64,000 nt of DNA from a virus. The number at the start of each line of letters is the position of its first letter. Positions within the stretch are counted from its first letter, which is position 1. Positions 18,615 through 27,631 of this stretch are shown here, in pieces. The stretch lies in the IMG/VR virus record IMGVR_UViG_3300043137_000338; one strand, given 5' to 3'. The notes beneath the pieces were generated by a model, which saw nothing but the letters and a program-made list of their open reading frames with translations, was not told where the DNA came from and searched no databases. Made by a program: the position numbers and the translations under genes.

Positions 18615-19918
18615 ATATTAATGATTTTCTAGAATCTCTCGCTGCCAACGCATCTCGCAATTTCAAAATCGAGCAGCTAGAAGCTAACCGTGATAACGAA
18701 ACCCTTCGCGAAGTTATCCGTCTGGCATACTGTCCGTTCACACAATTCTATATCCGTAAGATTCCAAAGTATGATACTCAACATACTATTGGTTGCACTC
18801 TAAATTGGGCACTGGATCGATTGTATGAACTTTCCTCGCGTGAGCGCACAGGAAACGTCGGTATCGAATTTCTTCGATTCATCTTGTCCAGCCTAACTGC
18901 AGATGATGCCAAGGTTATCGAGAAAGTTATCGGGAAAGATCTTCGCGCAGGGTTCTCCGCTAGCACTGCAAACAAAGTTTGGATGGGTCTGGTGCATGAA
19001 TACCCGGTGATGCTTTGCTCTCCCTTTGAGCAGAAGCTAGTCGACAAGATCAAGTTCCCTGCCTATGTTCAGCTAAAGATGGACGGTATGCGTTTCAATG
19101 CCATCGTGCGTAACGGTGCAGTGGAATTCCGTAGCCGAAACGGCAAAGAGATTCAACTTCTGGGTAACTTGGAGCAAGAATTCTTGGCACTTGCTGGCGA
19201 TAGTGATTGTGTGTTCGACGGTGAGCTTATGGTCATGCATCCGGAAGACTTCCAGTTTATGGATCGTCAGACTGGCAATGGAATTCTCAATAAAGCTAAC
19301 AAAGGAACTATCTCTGCTAAAGAAGCAGCCATGGTCCATGCCACGGTTTGGGATATGATTCCTTACATTCTATTTGCAGATGGCTACTGCGCCACTCCCT
19401 ACGCTAAACGATTTTCTGCGTTGTCTGATCTGTTGAACAACACTGATGACCGCAAGAAAAAGATCTGGTTGGTCTCTAACGATCTCGTTGAGAATCAAGA
19501 ACAAGCTAATGCTAAGTTCGAAGAATATCTTGCGAATGGTCTTGAGGGTATTATCCTCAAGGATGGTTCCGGTGTTTGGGAAGATAAACGTGCCAAGCAC
19601 CAGATCAAATTTAAGGGTGAGTTGGAATGTGACCTGAAGATCGTTGGCGTTGAAGAAGGTACTGGTAAGTATGTTGGAATGCTTGGTGCGATTCTTTGCG
19701 AATCCGCGGACGGTGTTGTAAAGACTCGTGTTGGTTCAGGTTTCAACGACGATCAACGCAAGGCACTATTCAAAGAAAACTTACTTGACAAAATCGCTGC
19801 GGTCAAGTATAATTGTCGTATCAAGAACAGGTTGGGTGAAGAATCTTTGTTCCTCCCGATCTTTGTTGAAATTCGCAGCGACAAAGATGTTGCAGACTCT
19901 GATGGAGATATTAAATGA
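18611..19918 (+). CDS. 30: ATP-dependent DNA ligase (gp30-like)
   Basis: Nucleotidyltransferase motif I KMDGMR, motif III FDGEL, motif IV EGIILK, motif V KFK. Confidence 0.8.
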   Translation: MNINDFLESLAANASRNFKIEQLEANRDNETLREVIRLAYCPFTQFYIRKIPKYDTQHTIGCTLNWALDRLYELSSRERTGNVGIEFLRFILSSLTADDAKVIEKVIGKDLRAGFSASTANKVWMGLVHEYPVMLCSPFEQKLVDKIKFPAYVQLKMDGMRFNAIVRNGAVEFRSRNGKEIQLLGNLEQEFLALAGDSDCVFDGELMVMHPEDFQFMDRQTGNGILNKANKGTISAKEAAMVHATVWDMIPYILFADGYCATPYAKRFSALSDLLNNTDDRKKKIWLVSNDLVENQEQANAKFEEYLANGLEGIILKDGSGVWEDKRAKHQIKFKGELECDLKIVGVEEGTGKYVGMLGAILCESADGVVKTRVGSGFNDDQRKALFKENLLDKIAAVKYNCRIKNRLGEESLFLPIFVEIRSDKDVADSDGDIK

Positions 19919-20352
19919 GCTACGATGAGGTTAAGTATGATGAATTCGCTAAGGAAATGGAAACTGAGTATCCTAAAATGTTCGCTGATCCCTATGGTGG
20001 TTTTTCTGTAGGTGCGGGTTGGTGGCAGATTATTAAAAGTCTTTGTATGCGTATTCAGTACTACACAGACTGGAAGAATTCACAATTTGAAAATCACGGT
20101 AGAGGTGCTCCAGTTAAACAGGTTACTGTTCAACAGATCAAAGAGAAGTTTGGTGGGCTTCGCTTCTACTACTCTGGTGGAGATGATGTTGTAGATGGTA
20201 TGATTAGAGTGGCAGAATCTTGGGCAGCAAATACTTGCGAAAATTGCGGCAAGCCAGGTGAGAGTAGAAGCGGTGGGTGGATTCGCACCTTGTGTGACGA
20301 GCATGAAGCTGAGCGTCAAAAATCAATGAAAGAAAGGTTTCCAAATGAATAA
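19915..20352 (+). CDS. hypothetical Cys-rich protein
   Basis: CENCGK..C..H zinc-binding-like cluster. Confidence 0.35.
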   Translation: MSYDEVKYDEFAKEMETEYPKMFADPYGGFSVGAGWWQIIKSLCMRIQYYTDWKNSQFENHGRGAPVKQVTVQQIKEKFGGLRFYYSGGDDVVDGMIRVAESWAANTCENCGKPGESRSGGWIRTLCDEHEAERQKSMKERFPNE

Positions 20353-20617
20353 GTCTTGGGTATTAGTCGAAGCAGTTTCTATGTTTCGTATGCGTTATAT
20401 GGTAGAAGTTCCTGCCGATCATCCAGAGTATGCTTTGGATACTGTAGTTATGCAGGAAGCCAAGGAATTCTCTCAAGAGCATCTTGATGAAACTATCGTT
20501 TCTCACCGCGTTGTTTCTGAAGCTGAAGCTCTGGCTCTTTGTGATGTAGATAATGACTACACTAAAGACTGGTCTCAGGAACAGAAGATGAAAACCTTCT
20601 TCACCCGCGACAAATAG
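20345..20617 (+). CDS. hypothetical protein
   Basis: ORF only. Confidence 0.3.
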   Translation: MNKSWVLVEAVSMFRMRYMVEVPADHPEYALDTVVMQEAKEFSQEHLDETIVSHRVVSEAEALALCDVDNDYTKDWSQEQKMKTFFTRDK

Positions 20618-20627
20618 GAGAATCAAA

Positions 20628-21200
20628 ATTTTTATTTTCGATGTAGAAACCCTTGGCGTTGAATCTAATTCTGTTGTTCTTTCTGCAGCATTGATTTATT
20701 TTGACCCTGAAGAAAAGCCTGACTATCAGAAACTCTTGGATGATGCTATCTTTGTTAAGCTGAATGCCAAAGATCAGATCCAAAGACTCAAACGTAGCGT
20801 TGATGTTGACACGCTTGAGTGGTGGAAGAATCAGCATGAATTTGTTCGTGCTCTTTCATTCGATCCGAAACCCGATGATATGCCAGCTGAAGATGCAATC
20901 ACTGCACTGCACAACTATATGAACAAGTATCCGAATGCAAACAAACATACCATGTGGGCACGAGGTTCTCTTGATCAGTTGGCTATTGATAGCTTGGCAA
21001 GGAAAGTTGACATGCAGCCTATAACGGGGTATAATATGTGGAGAGATATGAGAACAGCAGTTGACCTGCTTAGTGGTTCCAGCAATGGATACTGCGATAT
21101 CGAACACCCAACTTTTAAGAGACACGAAGTCATCAAACACCATCCGGTGCATGACTGTGCTCTCGACGCGATGATGCTGCTATACGGAAAGAGTGCTTAA
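20628..21200 (+). CDS. dexA: exonuclease A DexA (DEDD 3'-5' exonuclease)
   Basis: IFIFDVETLG (exo I), LEWWKNQ and HHPVHDCALDAMMLLYGK match T4 DexA FDFIIDFETMG / TIEWWKNQ / AHDSIHDCAKDILMMKYA; the N-terminal motif lies upstream of the first ATG, so an ATT (20628) or ATC (20622) start after AGGAG is inferred. Confidence 0.65.
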   Translation: MFIFDVETLGVESNSVVLSAALIYFDPEEKPDYQKLLDDAIFVKLNAKDQIQRLKRSVDVDTLEWWKNQHEFVRALSFDPKPDDMPAEDAITALHNYMNKYPNANKHTMWARGSLDQLAIDSLARKVDMQPITGYNMWRDMRTAVDLLSGSSNGYCDIEHPTFKRHEVIKHHPVHDCALDAMMLLYGKSA

Positions 21201-23686
21201 TGAAGTTTTATACAAATGTATATCCACTTGGTAATAGGTTAGCAGTAAGGGGTTATGAAGACGGAATTCCCTTCAACGAAAAGCGCGAATTCTTTCCAAC
21301 CCTCTATGTTCCATCCAAGAAGCCCGACAGTGAATGGCGGACTCTGGATGGAACAGTCGTTGATGAAGTCCATCCTGGAAGTATCCGTGACACGCGTGAG
21401 TTCGTTAAGACTTACGAAGGTGTTGAGGGATTCCAGATCTATGGTAACACCAACTACACTTACCAGTATTTAAGCGATAACTACCAGTCAGATATCCTAT
21501 GGGATATGGATCTGATTCGTGTATTCACATTCGACATTGAAACCAAAACAGAAAACGGTTTCCCAGATATCAAGAATGCCAATGAAGAAGTTATCCTAAT
21601 TACAATCACAGACTCTAAACTCAAAGAGACTATTACGTTTGGTACTAAACCTTACGTGAACAAACACGAAAACGTCCGCTTCATCATGTGTGATAGCGAG
21701 ATCATGTTGTTCCGTGAATTCTTAAACTATTGGTCTAAGAACTACCCTGATGTTATCACTGGATGGAACACTAACCTATTCGACATTCCGTATCTTGTTC
21801 GTCGCATTGAACGAGAACTTGGCGAGAACAGTTCTAACAAACTGTCACCACATGGTATCGTCAATGAGCGTAAGATCTTCATCAAGGGTAATGAAGAGTT
21901 GTCCTATGACATCCAAGGTATTGCACACTTAGATTATCTTGATCTGTATAAGAAGTTTACCTACACGAAGCAAGAGTCTTATCGTCTTGATTATATTGCA
22001 GAGGTTGAACTTGGCGATAACAAGAAAGAGAATCCTGGCGAGGACTTCAAAGACTTCTATACAAACTACTGGCAACAGTTCGTTGATTATAACATTCAAG
22101 ACGTTGCACTGGTTGTTCGTCTAGAAGATAAGATGCGTCTAATTGAACTGTGTTTAACCATGGCATATCAAGCCAAGATCAACTACGAGGACGTCTTCAG
22201 TCCAGTTCGTATGTGGGATGCCATCATCTATAATCACCTGCGTGATGAAGGTATCGTTATTCCCCAGAAGGAATACTCAGGTAAAGATGCTCAGTTCGAA
22301 GGTGCGTTCGTTAAAGATCCACTGATTGGTTTGCATAAGTGGGTTGCTTCCTTTGACTTGAACTCTTTGTACCCTCACTTGATCATGCAGTATAACATGT
22401 CTCCGGAGACTTTGAGCCACGAGAAGATTAGCTGTACAGTGGATAAGCTGCTTAATAAAGAAGTTGATACTTCCTATGCCAAGGAAAAGAACTTAGCATT
22501 GACTGCGAACGGCTGGTGTTATCGTAAAGACGTCAAGGGGTTCTTACCCAAGCTGATGGAAAAGATGTATACTGACCGAAGCAAGTTCAAGAAGCAGATG
22601 TTGAAGATTGAACAGCAGTATGAACACGACAAGAGTAACAACGACCTACGTAAAGAGATATCGCGTCTGAATAATCTGCAGATGGCTATGAAGATTGCAC
22701 TTAACTCAGCTTATGGTGCGCTTGGTAATTCGTACTTTCGTTACTTTGATCTACGGTTAGCTGAAGGTATCACGACTTCGGGTCAACTGTCTATTCGTTG
22801 GATGGCTAATGAATTCAACAAGTACATGGATCGCATCCTGAAGACCAAGGGTAAAGATTACATCATTGCGATTGACACTGACTCGATTTATCTTTCGCTT
22901 GAAGCTCTGGTCGAGCATACCTGTGTTGATAAAACTACTGAGCAAAAGATCAAGTACATGGATAAGATCTGTAATGAGATCTTCCAACCGTTCATCGATG
23001 ATACGTATCAAGAATTGGCTGATTATATGAATGCCTATGATCAGAAGATGCAGATGAAGCGAGAAGTTTTGGCAGACAAGGGTATCTGGACTGCCAAGAA
23101 GCGTTACATTCTGAACGTCCATAACTCTGAAGGTGTGCAGTACGCAAAGCCTAAGATTAAGGTCATGGGTTTGGAGATGGTCAAGTCCTCTACGCCTGCC
23201 GTTATTCGTAAAAAACTTAAAGATTCAATCAACGTTATTCTTGCCGGAGAACAAGAGGTTCTACATAAGTATATTGAGGACTTTAGAACAGAGTTTAATA
23301 AACTAAGTGTTGAACAGATAGCTTTCCCTCGTGGTGTGAATGGTATGAAGCAGTATGCCGGATCTCCTATCTACACAAAGGGTACTCCTATTCATGTTCG
23401 TGGATCGTTGCTGTTTAATCACTATGTGAAGAAGCTATCCCTGGGTAATAAATATCCTCTCATTAGAGACGGTGATAAGATTCGATTCATCTATGTGAAG
23501 AAACCAAATCCATTTCACGAGGATGTTATTTCCTTTAGTCAAGAACTACCCAAGGAATTTAACATACATAAGTATATCGACTATGAACTACAGTTCCAGA
23601 AAACCTTTCTTGATGCACTGTCAACTATTATTGAACCACTTGGTTGGAAAACCGAACAACAATCTTCATTGGAGGACTTCTTTTGA
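21200..23686 (+). CDS. 43: DNA polymerase gp43 (family B)
   Basis: Exo motifs FDIETK and YNIQDV, polymerase motifs DLNSLYP, KIALNSAYG and IDTDS; 828 aa. Confidence 0.9.
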   Translation: MKFYTNVYPLGNRLAVRGYEDGIPFNEKREFFPTLYVPSKKPDSEWRTLDGTVVDEVHPGSIRDTREFVKTYEGVEGFQIYGNTNYTYQYLSDNYQSDILWDMDLIRVFTFDIETKTENGFPDIKNANEEVILITITDSKLKETITFGTKPYVNKHENVRFIMCDSEIMLFREFLNYWSKNYPDVITGWNTNLFDIPYLVRRIERELGENSSNKLSPHGIVNERKIFIKGNEELSYDIQGIAHLDYLDLYKKFTYTKQESYRLDYIAEVELGDNKKENPGEDFKDFYTNYWQQFVDYNIQDVALVVRLEDKMRLIELCLTMAYQAKINYEDVFSPVRMWDAIIYNHLRDEGIVIPQKEYSGKDAQFEGAFVKDPLIGLHKWVASFDLNSLYPHLIMQYNMSPETLSHEKISCTVDKLLNKEVDTSYAKEKNLALTANGWCYRKDVKGFLPKLMEKMYTDRSKFKKQMLKIEQQYEHDKSNNDLRKEISRLNNLQMAMKIALNSAYGALGNSYFRYFDLRLAEGITTSGQLSIRWMANEFNKYMDRILKTKGKDYIIAIDTDSIYLSLEALVEHTCVDKTTEQKIKYMDKICNEIFQPFIDDTYQELADYMNAYDQKMQMKREVLADKGIWTAKKRYILNVHNSEGVQYAKPKIKVMGLEMVKSSTPAVIRKKLKDSINVILAGEQEVLHKYIEDFRTEFNKLSVEQIAFPRGVNGMKQYAGSPIYTKGTPIHVRGSLLFNHYVKKLSLGNKYPLIRDGDKIRFIYVKKPNPFHEDVISFSQELPKEFNIHKYIDYELQFQKTFLDALSTIIEPLGWKTEQQSSLEDFF

Positions 23687-24261
23687 AAAAGCTATCTGAT
23701 TACGTTATGATTCTTGACGACGTATTGAGCGATGAATTATGCAATGAGCTTATTGAAAAATTTGATGCTTCACTAAATGTTGAATCTACAGAAGCTACTT
23801 GGCATGGTTCTTATCAGAAAAGATTCGACGAGTTAAACTTAACTAAAGAAGAAGAATTTCAAGAAAACTGTATAGAGCTCTACACTTTAAGTAAAAATCT
23901 AGTTGAGTTCTATAAAGAAAAATGTGAGATCGAATTCTTCCCAACTAAAATTGGATATGAAGAACTTAGACTTAAGAAGTATAGTGTAAACGATACGGAT
24001 AAGTTTGACTGGCATAGTGACGTTGGAGATTATTCTTCTGCGCGCAGGTTCCTTTCGATGTTCTTTTATCTGAATGATGTTGAAGACGGCGGACAAACGG
24101 TTTTCAATGACTCAAGTTTTTATCCAGAAAAAGATTTGAGTATTAACCCAAGGCGAGGTAGAATAGTAGTATTCCCTCCAATGTGGATGTACCCACACAA
24201 GGCACTTCCACCTATCAGCAACTCAAAATACATACTATCAACGTATTGTCATTACACATAA
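23644..24261 (+). CDS. 2OG-Fe(II) oxygenase (prolyl-4-hydroxylase-like)
   Basis: HxD WHSD..H (PHKAL), jelly-roll pattern; true start may be the ATG at 23707. Confidence 0.6.
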   Translation: MENRTTIFIGGLLLKKLSDYVMILDDVLSDELCNELIEKFDASLNVESTEATWHGSYQKRFDELNLTKEEEFQENCIELYTLSKNLVEFYKEKCEIEFFPTKIGYEELRLKKYSVNDTDKFDWHSDVGDYSSARRFLSMFFYLNDVEDGGQTVFNDSSFYPEKDLSINPRRGRIVVFPPMWMYPHKALPPISNSKYILSTYCHYT

Positions 24262-24269
24262 GGAAACCT

Positions 24270-24518
24270 ATGAGAGTATTAAAATTTAAAGCAGAATGGT
24301 GCGCACCGTGCAAATCGATGACGCAAATTATTAAAAATGCCGGCGATAAAATCACAGTGCCCATTGAAGAAATTGATATTGACCATGACACTGCTGCAGC
24401 ACTGCACTATGGCATTCGTTCCGTGCCCACGATGATCATTGTCAATGAAAACAATGCGGAAGTTAAACGCAAGGTTGGCTCTATGTCAGAAGCCCAGTTG
24501 TTAGAATTTCTTGCATGA
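24270..24518 (+). CDS. thioredoxin
   Basis: WCAPC active site; ATG 24270 preceded by AAGGAAAC. Confidence 0.75.
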   Translation: MRVLKFKAEWCAPCKSMTQIIKNAGDKITVPIEEIDIDHDTAAALHYGIRSVPTMIIVNENNAEVKRKVGSMSEAQLLEFLA

Positions 24519-25066
24519 AAAACATCAGAGTTATTAAGACAGGAATCAATGTCTCTAAGATACTCAAACAGCTAGAACAGTATCCAGAAGATTGGGGTTC
24601 TCAAAAGAAACTCGAAAAAGTTGAGTCCCTTCTAGATCGTGGATACGATGATATTAATGCGGACGTGCTGCAGCTGGTTATTGGTGCAGTACGCGCCGCT
24701 AAAGATTTCGTTGGAGATAGTGAGCTTTCTGTAGCCACACCAGCATATCATCGACACACAGAAATCATTTCTTGGTTAAAGCGAAATAGACTTAACACTT
24801 TCAAACGGTGTGGTTTTTTGTCTCTACCTGTAGGTGGTCATGTTGGTTTACATATCGATGACGGTAGCTACTACCAAACAAAAGATAGATATCATCTATC
24901 AATTCAAGGAACCTATCGTTACCATGTAGGTGACGAATTTGTTGATGTTGAACCTGGTACTCTACTTTGGTTCAACAATAAATTATTACATGGAACAGAA
25001 AACACCGGTGACTGTGTTCGAATAACTTTTGTATTCGATGTTCCTCATTCACGATGGAACCCATAA
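24515..25066 (+). CDS. cupin / Asp-beta-hydroxylase-like protein
   Basis: GGHVGLHID..H..LLHGTEN beta-barrel His cluster. Confidence 0.4.
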   Translation: MKNIRVIKTGINVSKILKQLEQYPEDWGSQKKLEKVESLLDRGYDDINADVLQLVIGAVRAAKDFVGDSELSVATPAYHRHTEIISWLKRNRLNTFKRCGFLSLPVGGHVGLHIDDGSYYQTKDRYHLSIQGTYRYHVGDEFVDVEPGTLLWFNNKLLHGTENTGDCVRITFVFDVPHSRWNP

Positions 25067-25084
25067 ACTAAACTAAGGAATACT

Positions 25085-25993
25085 ATGAGCATACTAGATA
25101 AAATTAAGAAAAATACTACAATTAAAGAAACTGCGATTCTTGCACAATCAAAGTTCTTTCAGAAGAAGGATATGATTCCCACTTCTATTCCCGTAATCAA
25201 CGTCGCACTTTCAGGTCGACTTGACGGTGGATTCGTTCCTGGACTCACGATGTGGGCAGGTCCATCGAAACACTTTAAGACCGCATTCTCTTTGCTGATG
25301 GCAAAGTCATACATGGACAAGTATCCAGAATCAGCTTTGCTGTTCTATGATTCTGAGTTCGGCACTCCACAGTCTTACTTCGATTCGTTTGGTATTGATA
25401 CTTCGCGTGTTGTGCATACTCCAATCATGGACGTTGAACAGTTGAAGTTTGATATCATGCAGCAACTTTCTGTCATCGAGCGTAGTGATAAAATCATGAT
25501 CATCATTGACTCCATTGGTAATCTTGCTTCTAAGAAAGAAGTCGAGGATGCCTTGGACGGTAAGTCGGTTGCCGATATGAGCCGTGCCAAGCAAATGAAG
25601 TCGTTGTTCCGTATGGTAACTCCACACTTGACCATGAAGGATATTCCTATGGTTGTTGTGAACCATACGTATAAAGAAATCGGATTGTATCCAAAGGACA
25701 TCGTTGGTGGTGGTTGTTTGGTTGCAGGCACGAAAATAGAACTATCAGATGGAACATATAAATCTATTGAGGATTTCGTAGTTGGTGATTTAGTTAAAAC
25801 CCTTGATGGTAGCAAAGAAGTAACATATACCTGGAATCCAGAAACACTAGAAGATGGCGAGCCTGAGTGTTTTGAGGTGGAATTTGAAGATGGATATAAG
25901 GTTATTTGTTCAGATAAACACAAATTTTTAATTAATAATGAATGGGTAGAGGCTAAAAATTTGGCTGTTGGTATGGAATCAGCTGAATACTAA
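25085..25993 (+). CDS. uvsX: UvsX recombinase N-terminal extein (aa 1-210) fused to split-intein N-fragment (aa 211-302)
   Basis: FFQKKDMIPTSIPVINVALSGRLDGGFVPGLTMWAGPSKHFKT.. parallels T4 UvsX up to HTY..GGG, then CLVAGTKIELSDG (intein block A) from codon 25715; the ORF stops at 25993 inside the intein. Confidence 0.85.
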   Translation: MSILDKIKKNTTIKETAILAQSKFFQKKDMIPTSIPVINVALSGRLDGGFVPGLTMWAGPSKHFKTAFSLLMAKSYMDKYPESALLFYDSEFGTPQSYFDSFGIDTSRVVHTPIMDVEQLKFDIMQQLSVIERSDKIMIIIDSIGNLASKKEVEDALDGKSVADMSRAKQMKSLFRMVTPHLTMKDIPMVVVNHTYKEIGLYPKDIVGGGCLVAGTKIELSDGTYKSIEDFVVGDLVKTLDGSKEVTYTWNPETLEDGEPECFEVEFEDGYKVICSDKHKFLINNEWVEAKNLAVGMESAEY

Positions 25994-26004
25994 GATTCAA
26001 AATT

Positions 26005-26029
26005 TTATAAATAGTTGTAGGAGGAAACT
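26005..26029 (+). promoter_or_regulatory. T4-type late promoter TATAAATA + AGGAGGAAAC RBS cassette (endonuclease-gene cassette)
   Basis: TATAAATAGTTGTAGGAGGAAACTATG; near-identical cassettes at 58625, 60224 and 61731. Confidence 0.7.
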
Positions 26030-26734
26030 ATGAACTATTATAAAATTTACGAGAACTTAGTTTTAGATGCTAAAACTAATCCAAAACTAGATGACTATAA
26101 GGAATCTCATCATATAATACCTTGTTGTATGGGTGGTGATGACTCTAAAGAGAATCTAGTTCTACTAACTGCAAGACAGCACTATTTGGCGCATTGGTTG
26201 TTGTATAAAATGTATAAAACTAGTAGTCTGGTTCATGCATGGCATTCGATGAGTAGAATTGGGGTTGGTCAAAGCGCCAGATCTATAAATTCTCATTTAT
26301 TTGAATACTGTAAAAAAGAACGTTCAAAAATTCTATCGATACAGTATTCAGGTGAAGGTAACAATTTCTATGGTAAACACCATTCTGAAGAAACTAAACA
26401 GAAATTATCTAATATACATTCTGGAAAGAATTATAGAACTGAAAAACAGATATCTGATTGGGTTGAGATGGTCGCCAAAAAACCGAAATCTAATGAACAT
26501 AGAGAGAAGATCGGAAAGAAGGGTCTTAGAATGTTACAAAATGTGCATACTAAAGAAATAATTAGAGTATCAATTTCTGATGGTAGATTTAATTGTTCCG
26601 ATTGGGTTAACCCAAGAAAATTGAAACCCGAACAGAAATATAAATGTTCTCATTGTGATACTGTGACGACTGCCTCTAATATAAAAAGATGGCATAATGA
26701 TAAATGTAAAAGGAAACCGCAAAATGAAAATTAA
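26030..26734 (+). CDS. free-standing HNH homing endonuclease inside the uvsX intein
   Basis: HNH motif ESHHIIPCCMGGDDSKENLVLLTARQHYLAH, NUMOD-like NFYGKHHSEETKQKLS; own promoter and RBS. Confidence 0.8.
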   Translation: MNYYKIYENLVLDAKTNPKLDDYKESHHIIPCCMGGDDSKENLVLLTARQHYLAHWLLYKMYKTSSLVHAWHSMSRIGVGQSARSINSHLFEYCKKERSKILSIQYSGEGNNFYGKHHSEETKQKLSNIHSGKNYRTEKQISDWVEMVAKKPKSNEHREKIGKKGLRMLQNVHTKEIIRVSISDGRFNCSDWVNPRKLKPEQKYKCSHCDTVTTASNIKRWHNDKCKRKPQNEN

Positions 26735-27260
26735 ATCGATAACACCTGTTGGTAAAAAGAAGGTATATGACATTTCAGTAAAGGATGTTGAACATTATGT
26801 GTTAGAAAATGGAGTAGTTACTCATAACACTGGTTCTTACTACTCTGCTGACAATATCTTCATTCTTGGTCGTCAACAAGAAAAAGACGGAACTGAAATT
26901 GTTGGTTACAACTTTATCATCAACGTAGAAAAGAGTCGTTATGTTCGTGAGAAATCTAAAATACCTGTTAGCGTATCTTTTGACGGCGGCATTAGCCGTT
27001 GGTCTGGCTTACTTGACATTGCTCTAGAATCTGGACATGTCGTTAAACCAAGCAATGGATGGTACAGCAAAGTAGATCAAGATGGCGTTGTTGAAGATAA
27101 AAAGTATCGTCTGAAGGATACCGATAGCAAAGACTTCTGGCTTCCAATTATTCAGCAAAAGACTTTCTCTGAGTTTGTTAAAAATAAGTATCAAGTTTCG
27201 ACTTCAGAAATTATGAAGGGTGAAGACATTGATGCTGAACTTGCGTTGATTGGAGACTAA
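26724..27260 (+). CDS. uvsX: split-intein C-fragment (35 aa) fused to UvsX C-terminal extein
   Basis: KVYDISVKDVEHYVLENGVVTHN (intein blocks F/G) then TGSYYSADNIFILGRQQEKDGTEIVGYNFIINVEKSRYVREKSK.. which continues the T4 UvsX sequence TGPMYSADTVFIIGKRQIKDG..; ATG 26724 with AAAGGAAAC. Confidence 0.85.
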   Translation: MKIKSITPVGKKKVYDISVKDVEHYVLENGVVTHNTGSYYSADNIFILGRQQEKDGTEIVGYNFIINVEKSRYVREKSKIPVSVSFDGGISRWSGLLDIALESGHVVKPSNGWYSKVDQDGVVEDKKYRLKDTDSKDFWLPIIQQKTFSEFVKNKYQVSTSEIMKGEDIDAELALIGD

Positions 27261-27262
27261 TT

Positions 27263-27631
27263 ATGTATGAAGTTCCAGATGATTGGGAACTTCCGCCGCA
27301 TCAAGTTGTTAAACACAAAGATGCGGTTGGAGTTGATGCGATAAAGTTGCTCGCCGAGCCATATTCAGGTATAATAGTGTCTTACGGTAAGGTGTCTTTT
27401 GATACGATCCGAGGCGACGCTGACGAAGAGCATGTGACGATGAAGTTTGACTACACGATGCATGAATCTGCTGGGAAAGACTTCACAGCAAAACAGTTAA
27501 AAGACTTCGAAGTGTACTTGGGTGAATTTCTAAGAGATCTTATCATTTACGGTATCAAAGAAAATAATATAGCATATACAGGCGGTGTTGATGACTCTAG
27601 AGAAAACGATTCTTTCAAATCTCATCAATAA
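27263..27631 (+). CDS. hypothetical protein (gene 40 position between uvsX and 41)
   Basis: 122 aa; T4 gp40 is 120 aa at the same position; no sequence motif checked. Confidence 0.35.
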   Translation: MYEVPDDWELPPHQVVKHKDAVGVDAIKLLAEPYSGIIVSYGKVSFDTIRGDADEEHVTMKFDYTMHESAGKDFTAKQLKDFEVYLGEFLRDLIIYGIKENNIAYTGGVDDSRENDSFKSHQ

